From an uncultured delta proteobacterium (lineage in GTDB: Bacteria; Desulfobacterota; BSN033; UBA1163): a stretch of 64,000 bases of DNA. The position numbers and the translations under genes were made by a program. The notes beneath the pieces were generated by a model that saw nothing but the letters and a program-made list of their open reading frames with translations, did no database searches and was not told the origin of the DNA. Positions 21,377 through 30,618 of this stretch are shown piece after piece; positions within the stretch are counted from its first letter, which is position 1; the number at the start of each line of letters is the position of its first letter. Where the stretch lies: assembly GCA_963708295.1 (NCBI GenBank), contig CAVPSJ010000004.1, positions 608,001 through 672,000 on the forward strand, in the 5' to 3' direction.

Positions 21377-22417
21377 ATGGAGTTTCAATGCCCTTACATC
21401 GCAACGGGAATTGGATCCTTTCCCCATCCGAACGAGAGGGAAGTCTCCCGTCTCATTTTTCAAAGCTTTCCCGAAATCCCATTCTGGCCCCAGTTGCCGA
21501 AGCGGTCTTTCCTGGAAGGGATGGTCGTTCAATACTCTCAGGGATTCCCTTCACTAAGATGGAACGAAAAGGAACAAAGGGTTTGGGTGGATACCTCTCA
21601 TGGATTCGACAAAGAAATCGAAAGATTCTACCAGCATCTCGAGGGGAGCGACCTCAATCCTTTTGAAATCACAGAAGATTTTGCAATAGGACTTCGGATC
21701 CTGGAGGACCTCGCCTCAAAGGACCACCGAAAAGAAATAAAGTATATCAAGGGCCAGGTTACGGGGCCTATCACTTTTGGTCTCGCTCTAGCCGATCTTG
21801 AAGGAAAATCCATATTTTACGACCCTACCTTGAGGGATGTCCTTATCAAACACCTCGCCTTGAAGGCCCGATGGATGGAAAAGAGGTACAACGACCTTTT
21901 CCCTGGAATCCCAACCATCATCTTTTTCGACGAGCCTTCTCTCTCTTCATTCGGCTCTGCCTTTTCAGGCCTAAATCGGGAGGACGTCGTTCACTCCTTA
22001 AACGGATGCTTTGAGGCTGTGAAGGGGTTAAGTGGCGTCCACTGCTGTGGAAATACGGACTGGAGCGTGCTTCTCTCGACGAACCTCAGTATTCTCAGCT
22101 TTGATGCCTACGGCTATCTGGAAACCCTTTCCCTTTACCCAAAGGAACTAAAGGCATTCTTGGAACGAGGAGGGATCCTGGCTTGGGGCATCGTCCCGAC
22201 GAGTGAAGCGATTCTGAAGGAGGATCCAAAAAGTTTGGTCAAACGGTTCAAAGAAGGAGTGGAGACTCTCCATAAGAAAGCGATTGATCCCGTCCTTCTT
22301 CAGAGGGCAATGATCACCCCAAGCTGCGGAACTGCGTCACTTCCTGTTCCCCTGGCTGAAAGAGTTTGTGAGCTAACCGCGGAAGTGTCGAAAAGGTTGA
22401 GGGACTTTTTGCGGTAG
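21377..22417 (+). CDS. Methionine synthase-like protein (MetE catalytic-domain/UROD superfamily)
   Basis: TGIGSFPH, PFWPQLP, KGQVTGPIT, FFDEP, GVHCCG, LAWGIVPT, ITPSCG. Confidence 0.75.
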   Translation: MEFQCPYIATGIGSFPHPNEREVSRLIFQSFPEIPFWPQLPKRSFLEGMVVQYSQGFPSLRWNEKEQRVWVDTSHGFDKEIERFYQHLEGSDLNPFEITEDFAIGLRILEDLASKDHRKEIKYIKGQVTGPITFGLALADLEGKSIFYDPTLRDVLIKHLALKARWMEKRYNDLFPGIPTIIFFDEPSLSSFGSAFSGLNREDVVHSLNGCFEAVKGLSGVHCCGNTDWSVLLSTNLSILSFDAYGYLETLSLYPKELKAFLERGGILAWGIVPTSEAILKEDPKSLVKRFKEGVETLHKKAIDPVLLQRAMITPSCGTASLPVPLAERVCELTAEVSKRLRDFLR

Positions 22418-22430
22418 ATTTATTTATAGA

Positions 22431-22660
22431 CAGGCTGTTGAAAAACGCCCATCTGCGGCGTTCCCCCTGCCTATTGGTTGACAGGCAGGTCCTTCGTCGT
22501 TGCAACGTACATCCAAGTACGTCTCTGGCCGACTCACCGACTCGTCGGCGTGGCAAGAAGTCACTCCTTACTCGTCGTGACGCCACTCTCAGGATTTCGG
22601 GCGCCTTGCATCCGGGCATTTTTGATCAGCCTGAGAAAAATTGAGTCTTTCAACAGGCTC
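22431..22660. mobile_element. MITE-like repeat family A (copy 1; others 52800-52950, 55227-55351, partial 21213-21331)
   Basis: Inverted ends GGCTGTTGAAAAA...TTTTTGATCAGCC and shared core CGCCCATCTGCGGCG...CTTCGTCGTTG...CGTAC..CCAAGTACG. Confidence 0.75.
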
Positions 22661-22699
22661 TAAAGATTCGATGCTAATCATCTGATCCAAGTTTCTCTT

Positions 22700-23071
22700 T
22701 TATGCGATATTATCGATTTTTCCTTTCACAAAGCTGTGAATCTGCGAAAAGATCTCAAACGCCGCCTTGTCACCCGGTTCAATAATCTCAGCACCGATGA
22801 CATAATTTCCCATTGGCTCTTCCTGAATACAATATTTAATCTTTCCTTTGAAAGGAATTTCTTTTGTAAAGGATTCAGCCGTCGAGACCAGGCAATCGAC
22901 GGTTGAATCGAAAGGCAGCTCGTATCGACTTCTTATCCTGATTCCATAGGGGCTGAAATTAAAGAGTTCGGCGTCTACAAAGCTGCCAGAAACTCCCCTG
23001 ACTTTGAATGTAATATGCTTCCTGTATGAGTCAGGAAAAACAAGCCTTTCTCCCTTGCGTCTCTCTTTCAT
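22700..23071 (-). CDS. PilZ-domain protein
   Basis: ERRKGER (RxxxR) and NFSPYG (D/NxSxxG) motifs. Confidence 0.7.
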   Translation of the reverse strand: MKERRKGERLVFPDSYRKHITFKVRGVSGSFVDAELFNFSPYGIRIRSRYELPFDSTVDCLVSTAESFTKEIPFKGKIKYCIQEEPMGNYVIGAEIIEPGDKAAFEIFSQIHSFVKGKIDNIA

Positions 23072-23430
23072 TTACCAGCCTTCTCTCATTGCACGACATC
23101 TCACAGGTTTGCCAGATCCTTTCAATAAGCTCGACGAGAAAAGCCCTCAGGCTCCTCCACAAGAAACAATTTTATACCGTTTGGAGGCATGCTCGGGTCC
23201 GCGGCGATGCGGACGGTTCCTCCCTCTCGTTTTGCCTGCCCCCTGAAGGGTGAGTTGTACCGTAGGCAGGCCTGCCACAGCTTCAGCGCAGGCGGGCCTG
23301 CCCACCGGAGCTTCAGTGTAGGTGGGAGTTTCGAACTTTAACCCCTGAGCCTTGAGCATTCTCTAAATTTCGGAATCCGCGCTCCCTGCCTACCGGCAGG
23401 CGGGTGCAATCCGCATTTGGATAAGCCAGC

Positions 23431-23529
23431 TTACTTGTTCTTCTTCTCCTTCTTCAGCTTTCTTTTCTCTTTGAGACTCAACTGCGGCGCCTTCTTGCCT
23501 TCCTTCAGCCCTTTGCTTTTCTCTTTCAT
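23431..23529 (-). CDS. 32-aa lysine-rich small protein MKEKSKGLKEGKKAPQLSLKEKRKLKKEKKNK
   Basis: Manual translation; GGAGGAGG RBS just upstream of the ATG. Confidence 0.7.
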   Translation of the reverse strand: MKEKSKGLKEGKKAPQLSLKEKRKLKKEKKNK

Positions 23530-23583
23530 AGTATCCTCCTCCGTTGGACCTTTCTTTATCTCACAACGTCCGCTCGCTCGAAT

Positions 23584-23725
23584 TTAGCTCAACATTTTTA
23601 TGAAATCTGGGGCAGGAATGATCCAATCCAACAATCCCCGACAGCTCTCCTTTGAAAAGCAATGCGGATATCAGGACATTCGTATCCAACACCACCCGTA
23701 CTATCTTTTTCGGCTTCTTGCCCAC
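23584..23725 (-). pseudogene. PIN-domain toxin remnant with large internal deletion
   Basis: N-terminus VRVVLDTNVLISALLFKG joined out of frame to C-terminus IIPAPDFIKMLS*; overlaps the antitoxin stop. Confidence 0.7.
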
Positions 23726-23940
23726 TGGATTGCCTCGCCCACCTCTTTTTCAGTCAGGCCGAGCTTTTTCATTTTTTCCCTAACACGGTCAAGGGAGGAT
23801 GGAACAGGAGTCATCTTCACCGGCGTCAAACGGATCGTATTATCCCTGATGGTGACATCAAAATACTCGGCATCGGGGAAGACTTTCACAATCTCCTTGG
23901 GTAAGGTAATCTGGTTTTTGGACGTCTTCTTGGCAAGCAT
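23701..23940 (-). CDS. AbrB/MazE-family antitoxin
   Basis: TSKNQITLPKEI; inverted repeat TCCTTAC-N9-GTAAGGA at 23944-23966. Confidence 0.8.
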   Translation of the reverse strand: MLAKKTSKNQITLPKEIVKVFPDAEYFDVTIRDNTIRLTPVKMTPVPSSLDRVREKMKKLGLTEKEVGEAIQWARSRKR

Positions 23941-24247
23941 GATTCCTTACTTCCTTGTTGTAAGGATACATTACTATCTCTATCCTTGTCAAGGACTCCC
24001 CGGCTTCACTCCTCCAGTGGAGTCACTTTGCTACCCAGGCGAGATACACGTATTCATATAGCTTTGTCTCAATCCTGACATGAGCGACATAAAAGAGTTC
24101 ACAGGAGCCATTGCCTGTGTCGGTCCTGGACAAGCTGGTATTCCAGGCGACCCCCTGGCCTTTTTGGGGTCCCTTTTAAATTGACCAGGAACCCTTTTAG
24201 AAGGATCCGGTCTTTTTTCTTGATGGTTTTGATCGCACGGCGGGGAC

Positions 24248-24287
24248 TTGACAATATTATGAATCTCTGATATTCTGTAAATCAGAG
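24248..24287 (+). promoter_or_regulatory. Sigma70 promoter with overlapping operator for the AbrB-PIN pair
   Basis: TTGACA-17-TATTCT with extended TG; inverted repeat CTCTGAT-N9-ATCAGAG. Confidence 0.7.
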
Positions 24288-24297
24288 GTGATCGAGG

Positions 24298-24594
24298 ATG
24301 GAAACAGAGACGACGAAAATCGGCAAGCGCGGGACGATCGTCATTCCGGCTGGTCTCCGCCGTAAGTACGGGTTCGAAGAAGGGTCCCTCGTGGTCGCAG
24401 AAGCTCAGGAGCAGGGCATCCTCTTACGACCGGCAGTGATGCTGCCACTCGAAAGGTATACTCCTCAACGAAAGGCCGAATTTCTCCTGAATAATGCGGT
24501 CACGCGTGAAGACTATGCCTGGGCCCTTAAAGAGGTTAAGAAGTTAGGAATTGATCCAAAAACCATTCCTCATGACAAGCCAAAGAGTCGATGA
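24298..24594 (+). CDS. AbrB/MazE-family antitoxin
   Basis: KIGKRGTIVIPAGLRRKYGF; ATGA overlap with the PIN gene. Confidence 0.85.
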   Translation: METETTKIGKRGTIVIPAGLRRKYGFEEGSLVVAEAQEQGILLRPAVMLPLERYTPQRKAEFLLNNAVTREDYAWALKEVKKLGIDPKTIPHDKPKSR

Positions 24595-25016
24595 CCGTTG
24601 ACCGGATCTTTCTCGATGCGAACATCTTATTCTCAGTCGCCTATGGAAGCCCGGGTCTGAGCCTTTTGTGGCAATCTGTCCGACAAAAAAGATGCATGCT
24701 CTTTGCCTCCAATTTTGTGGTTGAGGAAGCAAAGCGCAACCTCTCTGATCCCGAACAGAAGAAAAGGCTGGAGGAATATCTATCCGAGGTGCGGATCGTA
24801 CCCGAAGCCGATCCCACGCTCCCCTGCCCTATTGAATTGCCGGAGAAAGATCGACCCGTGCTAATGGCTGCCGTATTAAATAAAGCGGATTATCTGCTGA
24901 CAGGCGACTCGACCCATTTTGGAAAATATTTCGGACAAACGGTCAACGGCGTAAAGATCTGCCGCCCTCGAGACTACCTTTCTAAACCCCTTCGTAAGAA
25001 GAAATTTGTGTCCTGA
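24591..25016 (+). CDS. PIN-domain toxin (VapC-like)
   Basis: IFLDANILFS, EKDRPVLMAA, LLTGD..HF. Confidence 0.85.
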   Translation: MTVDRIFLDANILFSVAYGSPGLSLLWQSVRQKRCMLFASNFVVEEAKRNLSDPEQKKRLEEYLSEVRIVPEADPTLPCPIELPEKDRPVLMAAVLNKADYLLTGDSTHFGKYFGQTVNGVKICRPRDYLSKPLRKKKFVS

Positions 25017-25197
25017 TTTTTTGAATAATTAGTTTGTATCTATTTGTTCTTCAAAGCGAATAAAAGAGTGAGTCGGCCTCAATTACATTTTCTCTTTCCT
25101 AGATTTTCAAAATCGTGTACATTACAATTTAAAGTATGCACAGTGAGACAAGAAATTCTTCCTGGGAGGTCGCCCGTGACTGATATCCTGCTGATTC

Positions 25198-26718
25198 ATG
25201 GCTGTCGTCCTGCTGATCGCCGCTGTGGTTCTCCTACTCATGCTCTTAAGGAAGGCATCACAAGTCGATGTGCTTGCTTCCCGGCTTGATGCCTTCGAAA
25301 AGGCACAGGAACGTACCGAGCGTGCGGTCAGAGAGGAAGTGGCCCAGAGCAGAGACGAACTGGGCAAGGCAGCGAGAGAGCAGCGGCAAGAACTCACCGA
25401 AGCCTTCAAGATCTTCGGCGATTCCGTGGTACAACGAATGATGGATGTTGCCGGCATGCAGAAGGGGCAACTCGATGCCTTCTCCAGTCAGCTTGCCTCT
25501 TTTGCAAAGGCGAGCGGTGAGCGGCTGGATGGGGTCCGCGCCGAGTCTGCCACCGGAGCCAAACAGTTAAGGGAAGAGGTGATCGCAGCACTCAAGGGGA
25601 TCACGGAAGCCACCACCAGGACCATGGGCGAGTTGGCCAATGTCCAAAAGGCACAGCTTGAAGCCATGTCATCTGCGATTGGGAAGCTTTCGGATTCAAA
25701 TGAGAAGAAGCTGGAGGCGGTCAGGGTCACGGTGGAAGGCAAACTCCAAAGCATGCAGATCGACAACGCCAAACAGCTTGACCAAATGCGGCAGACCGTG
25801 GACGAGAAACTCCAGGGGACGCTGGAAAAGCGTCTGGGTGAATCCTTCAAACAAGTCAGCGAACGTCTGGAGCAGGTGCACAAGGGGCTTGGGGAGATGC
25901 AGACGCTTGCCACGGGCGTCGGTGACCTTAAGAAGGTACTCACGAACGTCAAGACGCGTGGGACGTGGGGTGAAGTGCAGCTTGGGGCGCTGTTGGAGCA
26001 GGTGCTCAATCCCGATCAGTTCGCCACCAACGTGGCCACGAAGGATGGCGGCGAGCGGGTCGAGTTTGCGATCAAGTTGCCGGGGCAAGGTGCGGACAAG
26101 GATGAGACCGTCTGGCTCCCGATTGATGCCAAGTTCCCTGTCGAAGACTATCAACGTCTGATCGAGGCTCAAGAGAGGGCCGATGTCGAAGGGGTGGAGG
26201 CGGCAGGAAAGCAGCTTGAGAACCGTGTCAAGGCCTGTGCAGGGGACATCTGCGGGAAGTATTTAAACCCGCCCAAGACCACGGACTTCGGCATCTTGTT
26301 CTTGCCCATAGAGGGCCTCTTTGCCGAAGTCATCCGCAGGACGGGTTTGACCGAGGTCATCCAACGGGAGTGCCGTGTGGTTATCGCCGGCCCGACGACA
26401 CTGTGGTCGATTTTGAGCAGCCTTCAGATGGGCTTCCGTACGCTGGCCATCCAGAAGCGTTCCAGCGAGGTCTGGAACCTCCTTGCGGCGGTCAAGACCG
26501 AATGGACGAAGTATGGCGATGTTCTGGACGCAGTGCAGAAGAAGCTGCATCAGGCATCGGACACAATCGAGAAGGCCAAGGCGAGGTCAAGAGCCGTCGG
26601 GAGGAAACTCAAGGACGTGCAAGAGCTTCCAGTCGGTGAGGCTACCGGCTTGCTGCCTCCCAATGTGATGGAAGATGATGCAGAGACTGCTGAGGACGAT
26701 AGTGTCGGAGGCGATTGA
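25198..26718 (+). CDS. rmuC: DNA recombination protein RmuC
   Basis: N-terminal TM and coiled coil, KTRGTWGEVQL, LPIDAKFP, GPTTL. Confidence 0.9.
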   Translation: MAVVLLIAAVVLLLMLLRKASQVDVLASRLDAFEKAQERTERAVREEVAQSRDELGKAAREQRQELTEAFKIFGDSVVQRMMDVAGMQKGQLDAFSSQLASFAKASGERLDGVRAESATGAKQLREEVIAALKGITEATTRTMGELANVQKAQLEAMSSAIGKLSDSNEKKLEAVRVTVEGKLQSMQIDNAKQLDQMRQTVDEKLQGTLEKRLGESFKQVSERLEQVHKGLGEMQTLATGVGDLKKVLTNVKTRGTWGEVQLGALLEQVLNPDQFATNVATKDGGERVEFAIKLPGQGADKDETVWLPIDAKFPVEDYQRLIEAQERADVEGVEAAGKQLENRVKACAGDICGKYLNPPKTTDFGILFLPIEGLFAEVIRRTGLTEVIQRECRVVIAGPTTLWSILSSLQMGFRTLAIQKRSSEVWNLLAAVKTEWTKYGDVLDAVQKKLHQASDTIEKAKARSRAVGRKLKDVQELPVGEATGLLPPNVMEDDAETAEDDSVGGD

Positions 26719-26839
26719 TATTCTAATACTTTTCAAAGATGACCACCGGCTCCGCAACCCTTTCTCCACCCCTGCCTGAGGCAGCGGAGGCGGCTAAAAC
26801 CTATCGTTCAAACCAACCCGCGCGATATGGGTCTGCAGG

Positions 26840-27076
26840 TTACCTCACTGCCTCGTCCATAGACCCGAGCCTCTCCATGAATTCTATCATTCGGGGTTGC
26901 TTTAAAAGAATCGCAATTCGTCTATTTAACTCTGCATTCTCCGGATCGCCTGCCTCCCCTTTCGATTTCGCTCCCGTCTCAGACTTCTCATTGACGCACC
27001 AGGCGCGATCTCCCGGGATGGGTCCTTCAGCAAGATCCAAATCCTTCTCATACAGGACAGACTTCCTATCCATCAT
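26840..27076 (-). CDS. Small hypothetical protein
   Basis: 78-aa ORF with AAGGAG RBS; no recognised motif. Confidence 0.45.
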   Translation of the reverse strand: MMDRKSVLYEKDLDLAEGPIPGDRAWCVNEKSETGAKSKGEAGDPENAELNRRIAILLKQPRMIEFMERLGSMDEAVR

Positions 27077-27316
27077 GTTCTCCTTTTTGTCGGCACCCTT
27101 CGAACTTTCTATTTTTTGGCTTTCTATTTTTTGTCGAATTTGTTTGAGGCGCAGACCCGTAGCTGTACGCGTTAGCCTGAGGTGTCAATTCAAAGTCTCT
27201 CTCAGATTAAGTTTTGCTTGGGAAAAGTTGAGTGGAAACGACCGGAGACCTTAAACCTATCCCAGGTCGTTTCCTTCGCAACCTTCGAAAACATTCTTTT
27301 GAAGAACAAAAAGATC

Positions 27317-27406
27317 TTACCGTTTCTTCGCTTTCGCTCTAACGGTCTTCCGCCCTTTCTTTGTAGCTTTAGCCTTCTTTACCGGTTTCTTTGCACTCTT
27401 TTTCAT
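27317..27406 (-). CDS. 29-aa Lys/Ala-rich histone-H1-like peptide MKKSAKKPVKKAKATKKGRKTVRAKAKKR
   Basis: Manual translation; GAGGAGG RBS; upstream sigma54 promoter; downstream hairpin GGAAACGACC...GGTCGTTTCC. Confidence 0.7.
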   Translation of the reverse strand: MKKSAKKPVKKAKATKKGRKTVRAKAKKR

Positions 27407-27457
27407 CCTGTTTCCTCCTCAACGGAAATTCTACTTTTTTCTTCAGTGATGCGGAAA

Positions 27458-27474
27458 AGCAAACATTATGCCAA
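27458..27474 (-). promoter_or_regulatory. Sigma54 (-24/-12) promoter
   Basis: TTGGCATAATGTTTGCT on the minus strand, near consensus TGGCAC-N5-TTGC. Confidence 0.75.
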
Positions 27475-27949
27475 ATTATTGTCCGCTCACTTGAGCTCGA
27501 GGGAGCCATGTCCGGCCTGGATCCGGCTTTTTAAAAACTCGTGCAATGTTAGGAAGTTGTAGGATTTTGGCTGGTGAATTGACGAAGAAAGTGCTTCTAA
27601 GACCTATTGTACGGTCTCATTAGAGTCTCAGGTACACTGGCTTAATTCTATCCAGCCTGCCGGGTTGTGTATCCTTTGGAGAAACGCGCAGGGGAAAAGT
27701 GACTGGCGTATCCTCTCCTCTGCATGAACATTCGGCTTGTCGTTTCCATAAAAAGAGAGGGGCTGCTGAATGTTGCGACTCCGGTTGCTTTCTCTGAATC
27801 TATAATGGGTTCGATACGGAGATTGACAGGGGGGCGAACCTACGATAGCCTTAACTGAGGAGGCTTGGCTGCTTGTCGCCCCGAAACAGGTTCCCCGAGG
27901 ATTGCATAGGAGCGGTTCAATCTTGCCACTCCGGAAGGAGAGGTATCTC

Positions 27950-28968
27950 ATGAGAAGAAATCTTCTGGTCATCTTCACAATCTTTTTCGCCCTGATGGGC
28001 CCGGCATACGGAGAGCAATCTGCGGAAGACATCCTGAAAGCGATTGTCAGGATAAAATCGGTTGTTCCCGAAAGCGCGTTCACCGCCCGCACGCTCGGGA
28101 CCGAACGGGAAGGAAATGGTGTGGTCATCGATTCGAAGGGGCATATCCTGACGATCGGCTATCTCATCGTCGAAGCCGAGACTTTGGAGGTCACGACCGG
28201 AGAAGGAAAAACGATCAGCGCCTCTTTTGTCGGCTACGACCATGACACGGGTTTTGGTCTCCTGAAGGCAAACAAGCCTCTTGGCATAACGCCGATGAAA
28301 CTGGGGAAGTCCTCAGAGGTAAAACAGGAGATCCCATTCTGATGGCGGGCCATGGTGGAACGGAATCCGTTCAGGCGGGCCGGGTCATCGCCCGCAAAGA
28401 ATTCGCAGGCTACTGGGAGTATCTTCTTGAGGACGCGATCTATACGGCGCCCGCTCATACAGGCTTTGGAGGGGCGGCGCTGATCGCCCCGGACGGAAAG
28501 CTCGTGGGAATCGGATCTCTCCTCACTCAGGTCGTCATTCCGGGATTCGGCTCTATTGCCTGTAACATTTCGGTCCCCATCGACCTTCTCCATCCGATTC
28601 TGGCAGACCTGATCGCCAAGGGACGAACGAGTGCAGCTCCCCGGCCCTGGCTGGGTCTCAATGTCGAAGAGGCCCACGGTCGCGTCTTCGTCGTCCGTGT
28701 CACCGCAGGGGGTCCTGCGGAGAAAGCCGAGTTGGAGGCGGGAGATATGGTTCTGACCGTGAAAGGAGAGGAGGTGAAAGGCCTCGCTGACTTTTACCGC
28801 AAGGTATGGGCCCTTGGCCATGCAGGAGTCGAGGTCCCCCTCGGTATTCTGAGAGGAACCAGGATCCGTGATATCCCCGTGAAGTCTATCGATCGCAATC
28901 AGCTGCTACGGCAGAAGCTTACGAAGAACTTATGGGATGCCCCGGGCGTTCTCCCTAACGCCCCGTAA
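27950..28968 (+). CDS. S1C (HtrA-like) protease-fold protein with PDZ domain; one frameshift near 28330
   Basis: GNGVVID..GHILTIGY, GGAALI..DGKLVGIGS, PWLGL, GPAEKAEL; the two ORFs join if one base is added (VKQGDPILMAG). Confidence 0.75.
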
Positions 28969-29018
28969 CAAGTTAGGTCCGACTGGGATCAAGATCAATT
29001 TCAATCATAACGCGAACG

Positions 29019-29729
29019 CTATTCTGGGGTCCAGAAGGGACCCGCCTTGCCCAACTTTTTTAACGATAAGAACAGTTCGGATGCGTATTCCTTCACTCGG
29101 GAGAGATAGTCCGGCTCTAGACGATTCCTGAGCAGGGGTCCGCTGAAGACTTGCGCCCAGTTGGATAACGGCATGATGGACTCAGCTGAGACGGAATCAT
29201 AAAGCGACCAATTTTTCACATGTTCTTCCGACCGGAAGAGGTTCATGCGGCTTCAAGCCAAACCCCAGGATACTTCTCCCGTCAAAATCTTGGCGAACGG
29301 GATATTCATGTGTCCCACGGTCGTCGTTGGATTGACTTCCAGGATATCCTCGTCCCGCATGCGGACGAGGATGGGTTGCCCACAATCCAGGCAACGGGTG
29401 TCGATACGGATCTCAGTACCAGGGAAAAGCCAGCGCACGGCCAGCACTTCGAGTCCTCACTGGCCGTACCACTTTTGGTCCCCCTTTATAGTCACAAGAT
29501 AATGGGTCGGTACATTAGAAAACGGCGCCCAGGACTCGACGTAATCTGTGTCTTTAACAAACCAGCAGGCTATGGAGGAGTCGGCTGCCTTATGCTGTAG
29601 CTGCCTGGCCTCTTCGGGTCGCAACCCGAGAGTTGCTGCAAGTTCGGTATAGTGCGGTGCCCGCCCAGTCTTCACAAAATGCTCCACAACAGCAGTGTAA
29701 GCTCGTTGCACCAATGTGGTTTCTTCCAT
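29019..29729 (-). CDS. MerB-like (alkylmercury/organometal lyase) protein with two selenocysteines (U91, U159), 236 aa
   Basis: Three ORF fragments in one frame separated only by TGA at 29457-29459 (WYGQ-U-GLE) and 29253-29255 (GLA-U-SRMNLF); APFSNVPT, CLDCGQPI, FRSEEHV..W motifs; AAGGAGG RBS. Confidence 0.85.
29224..29239 (-). promoter_or_regulatory. SECIS-like hairpin after the second UGA
   Basis: TCTTCC-GGTC-GGAAGA, loop starts 20 nt after the UGA; lower CATG/CATG stem. Confidence 0.75.
29424..29450 (-). promoter_or_regulatory. SECIS-like hairpin after the first UGA
   Basis: GAAGT-GCTGGC-CGTGC-GCTGGC-TTTTC, stem with G-U pairs, loop G 19 nt after the UGA. Confidence 0.55.
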
Positions 29730-29754
29730 ATCATTTCCTCCTTTCTGGTGTTCA

Positions 29755-29943
29755 CCTATCGCCACTCCTATTTGCAATATACACCCTATAGAGACTCTTT
29801 GGAAGTGAAAGTTTTCAGGAAGGAGAATTTGGCCACCTCCTCTCAAGGGGTTGCCTTAAGCCACGTTCCGCAATTTGGATACGGTAACTTTTTTATAGAT
29901 GGCCTAAATCCCTTTTAGGATTCTTATAATTTTATGGATGTCC
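29755..29943 (-). repeat. Duplicated intergenic element carrying a sigma70-like promoter (copy 1; copy 2 at 32424-32675)
   Basis: Shared blocks CAATATACACCCTATA.AGACTCTTTGGAAGTGAA and AGGATTCTTATAATTTTATGGA.GTCC; minus strand TTCCAA-17-TATATT in both copies. Confidence 0.8.
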
Positions 29944-29968
29944 CCCTTTGAAAGGTTTCTCCACTTCT

Positions 29969-30392
29969 TCAGGAAATATGTTCTAAGAATTCTACAGGAG
30001 TGACCATCCGGCAGGAAATTCCATTTTCTTTAAGGTCCTCCTGAGAAATGCTTAGAAGATCTTTGTCCCCGGTAATCAAAAAATCCGCTTTCGCCTCCTT
30101 GCAGAGTGAAAGATAATGGTCATCCTTCGCATCCCTTGATAAAACCACCTGGGTCGATACAGAAATACGCATCGATAGACTTAACAATTGTTGGATTCTT
30201 CTCCTGTACAAATAGAATTTGTTCTTTTGTAAGTTTTTTCGAAAGTGCTGAAATAACTTCTTGAAGCTCTCTTTCGATGGGTTGGGAGAGATAGAATTCA
30301 TGGTCCTCCAGGGCTCGAACGACTGCTTCGAGAGGCTTTCCCCCGAAAGCAGCTGAAATGATCACGTTGGCGTCAACGACAATCTTAGCCAT
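29969..30392 (-). CDS. PIN-domain toxin; one frameshift near 30200
   Basis: KIVVDANVIISAAFGG in one frame, SRDAKDDHYL...ITGDKDLL in another. Confidence 0.75.
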
Positions 30393-30618
30393 AGATCTTC
30401 TTTCTGGCTCGGTCGAGTGCCTTCAGTGCCTCTTTCTTTGAAACCCCTGCTTCGCTTAGAACCCTTCCAATTTCCAAAAGGATGATCTCCGGGCTGTTCT
30501 TCTCGACAGGGGTAAGACGGGCAATGGGTCTTTTCCGCTTCATCACCACGATCTCATTCCCTTCGTTCAAATACTTCACGACACCCTCTTTGAATTCCCT
30601 GACACCCACGAATTTCAT
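30385..30618 (-). CDS. Phd/YefM-family antitoxin
   Basis: MKFVGVREFK...EIVVMKRKRPIARLTP; GGAGGTG RBS. Confidence 0.8.
   Translation of the reverse strand: MKFVGVREFKEGVVKYLNEGNEIVVMKRKRPIARLTPVEKNSPEIILLEIGRVLSEAGVSKKEALKALDRARKKIYG

Noticed and set aside
21213-22663. Short ORFs with LKNAHLRR-like sequence (21213-21404, 22438-22644, also 52741-52935)
   Set aside because: Translations of the family A repeat element, not genes
27628-27940. Riboswitch-like leader before the HtrA-like gene
   Set aside because: Some local pairing, but no conserved aptamer signature that I could recognise
28340-28342. TGA ending the first HtrA-like ORF as a possible selenocysteine codon
   Set aside because: The downstream ORF is in a different frame; a one-base indel explains the break and no Cys is expected there
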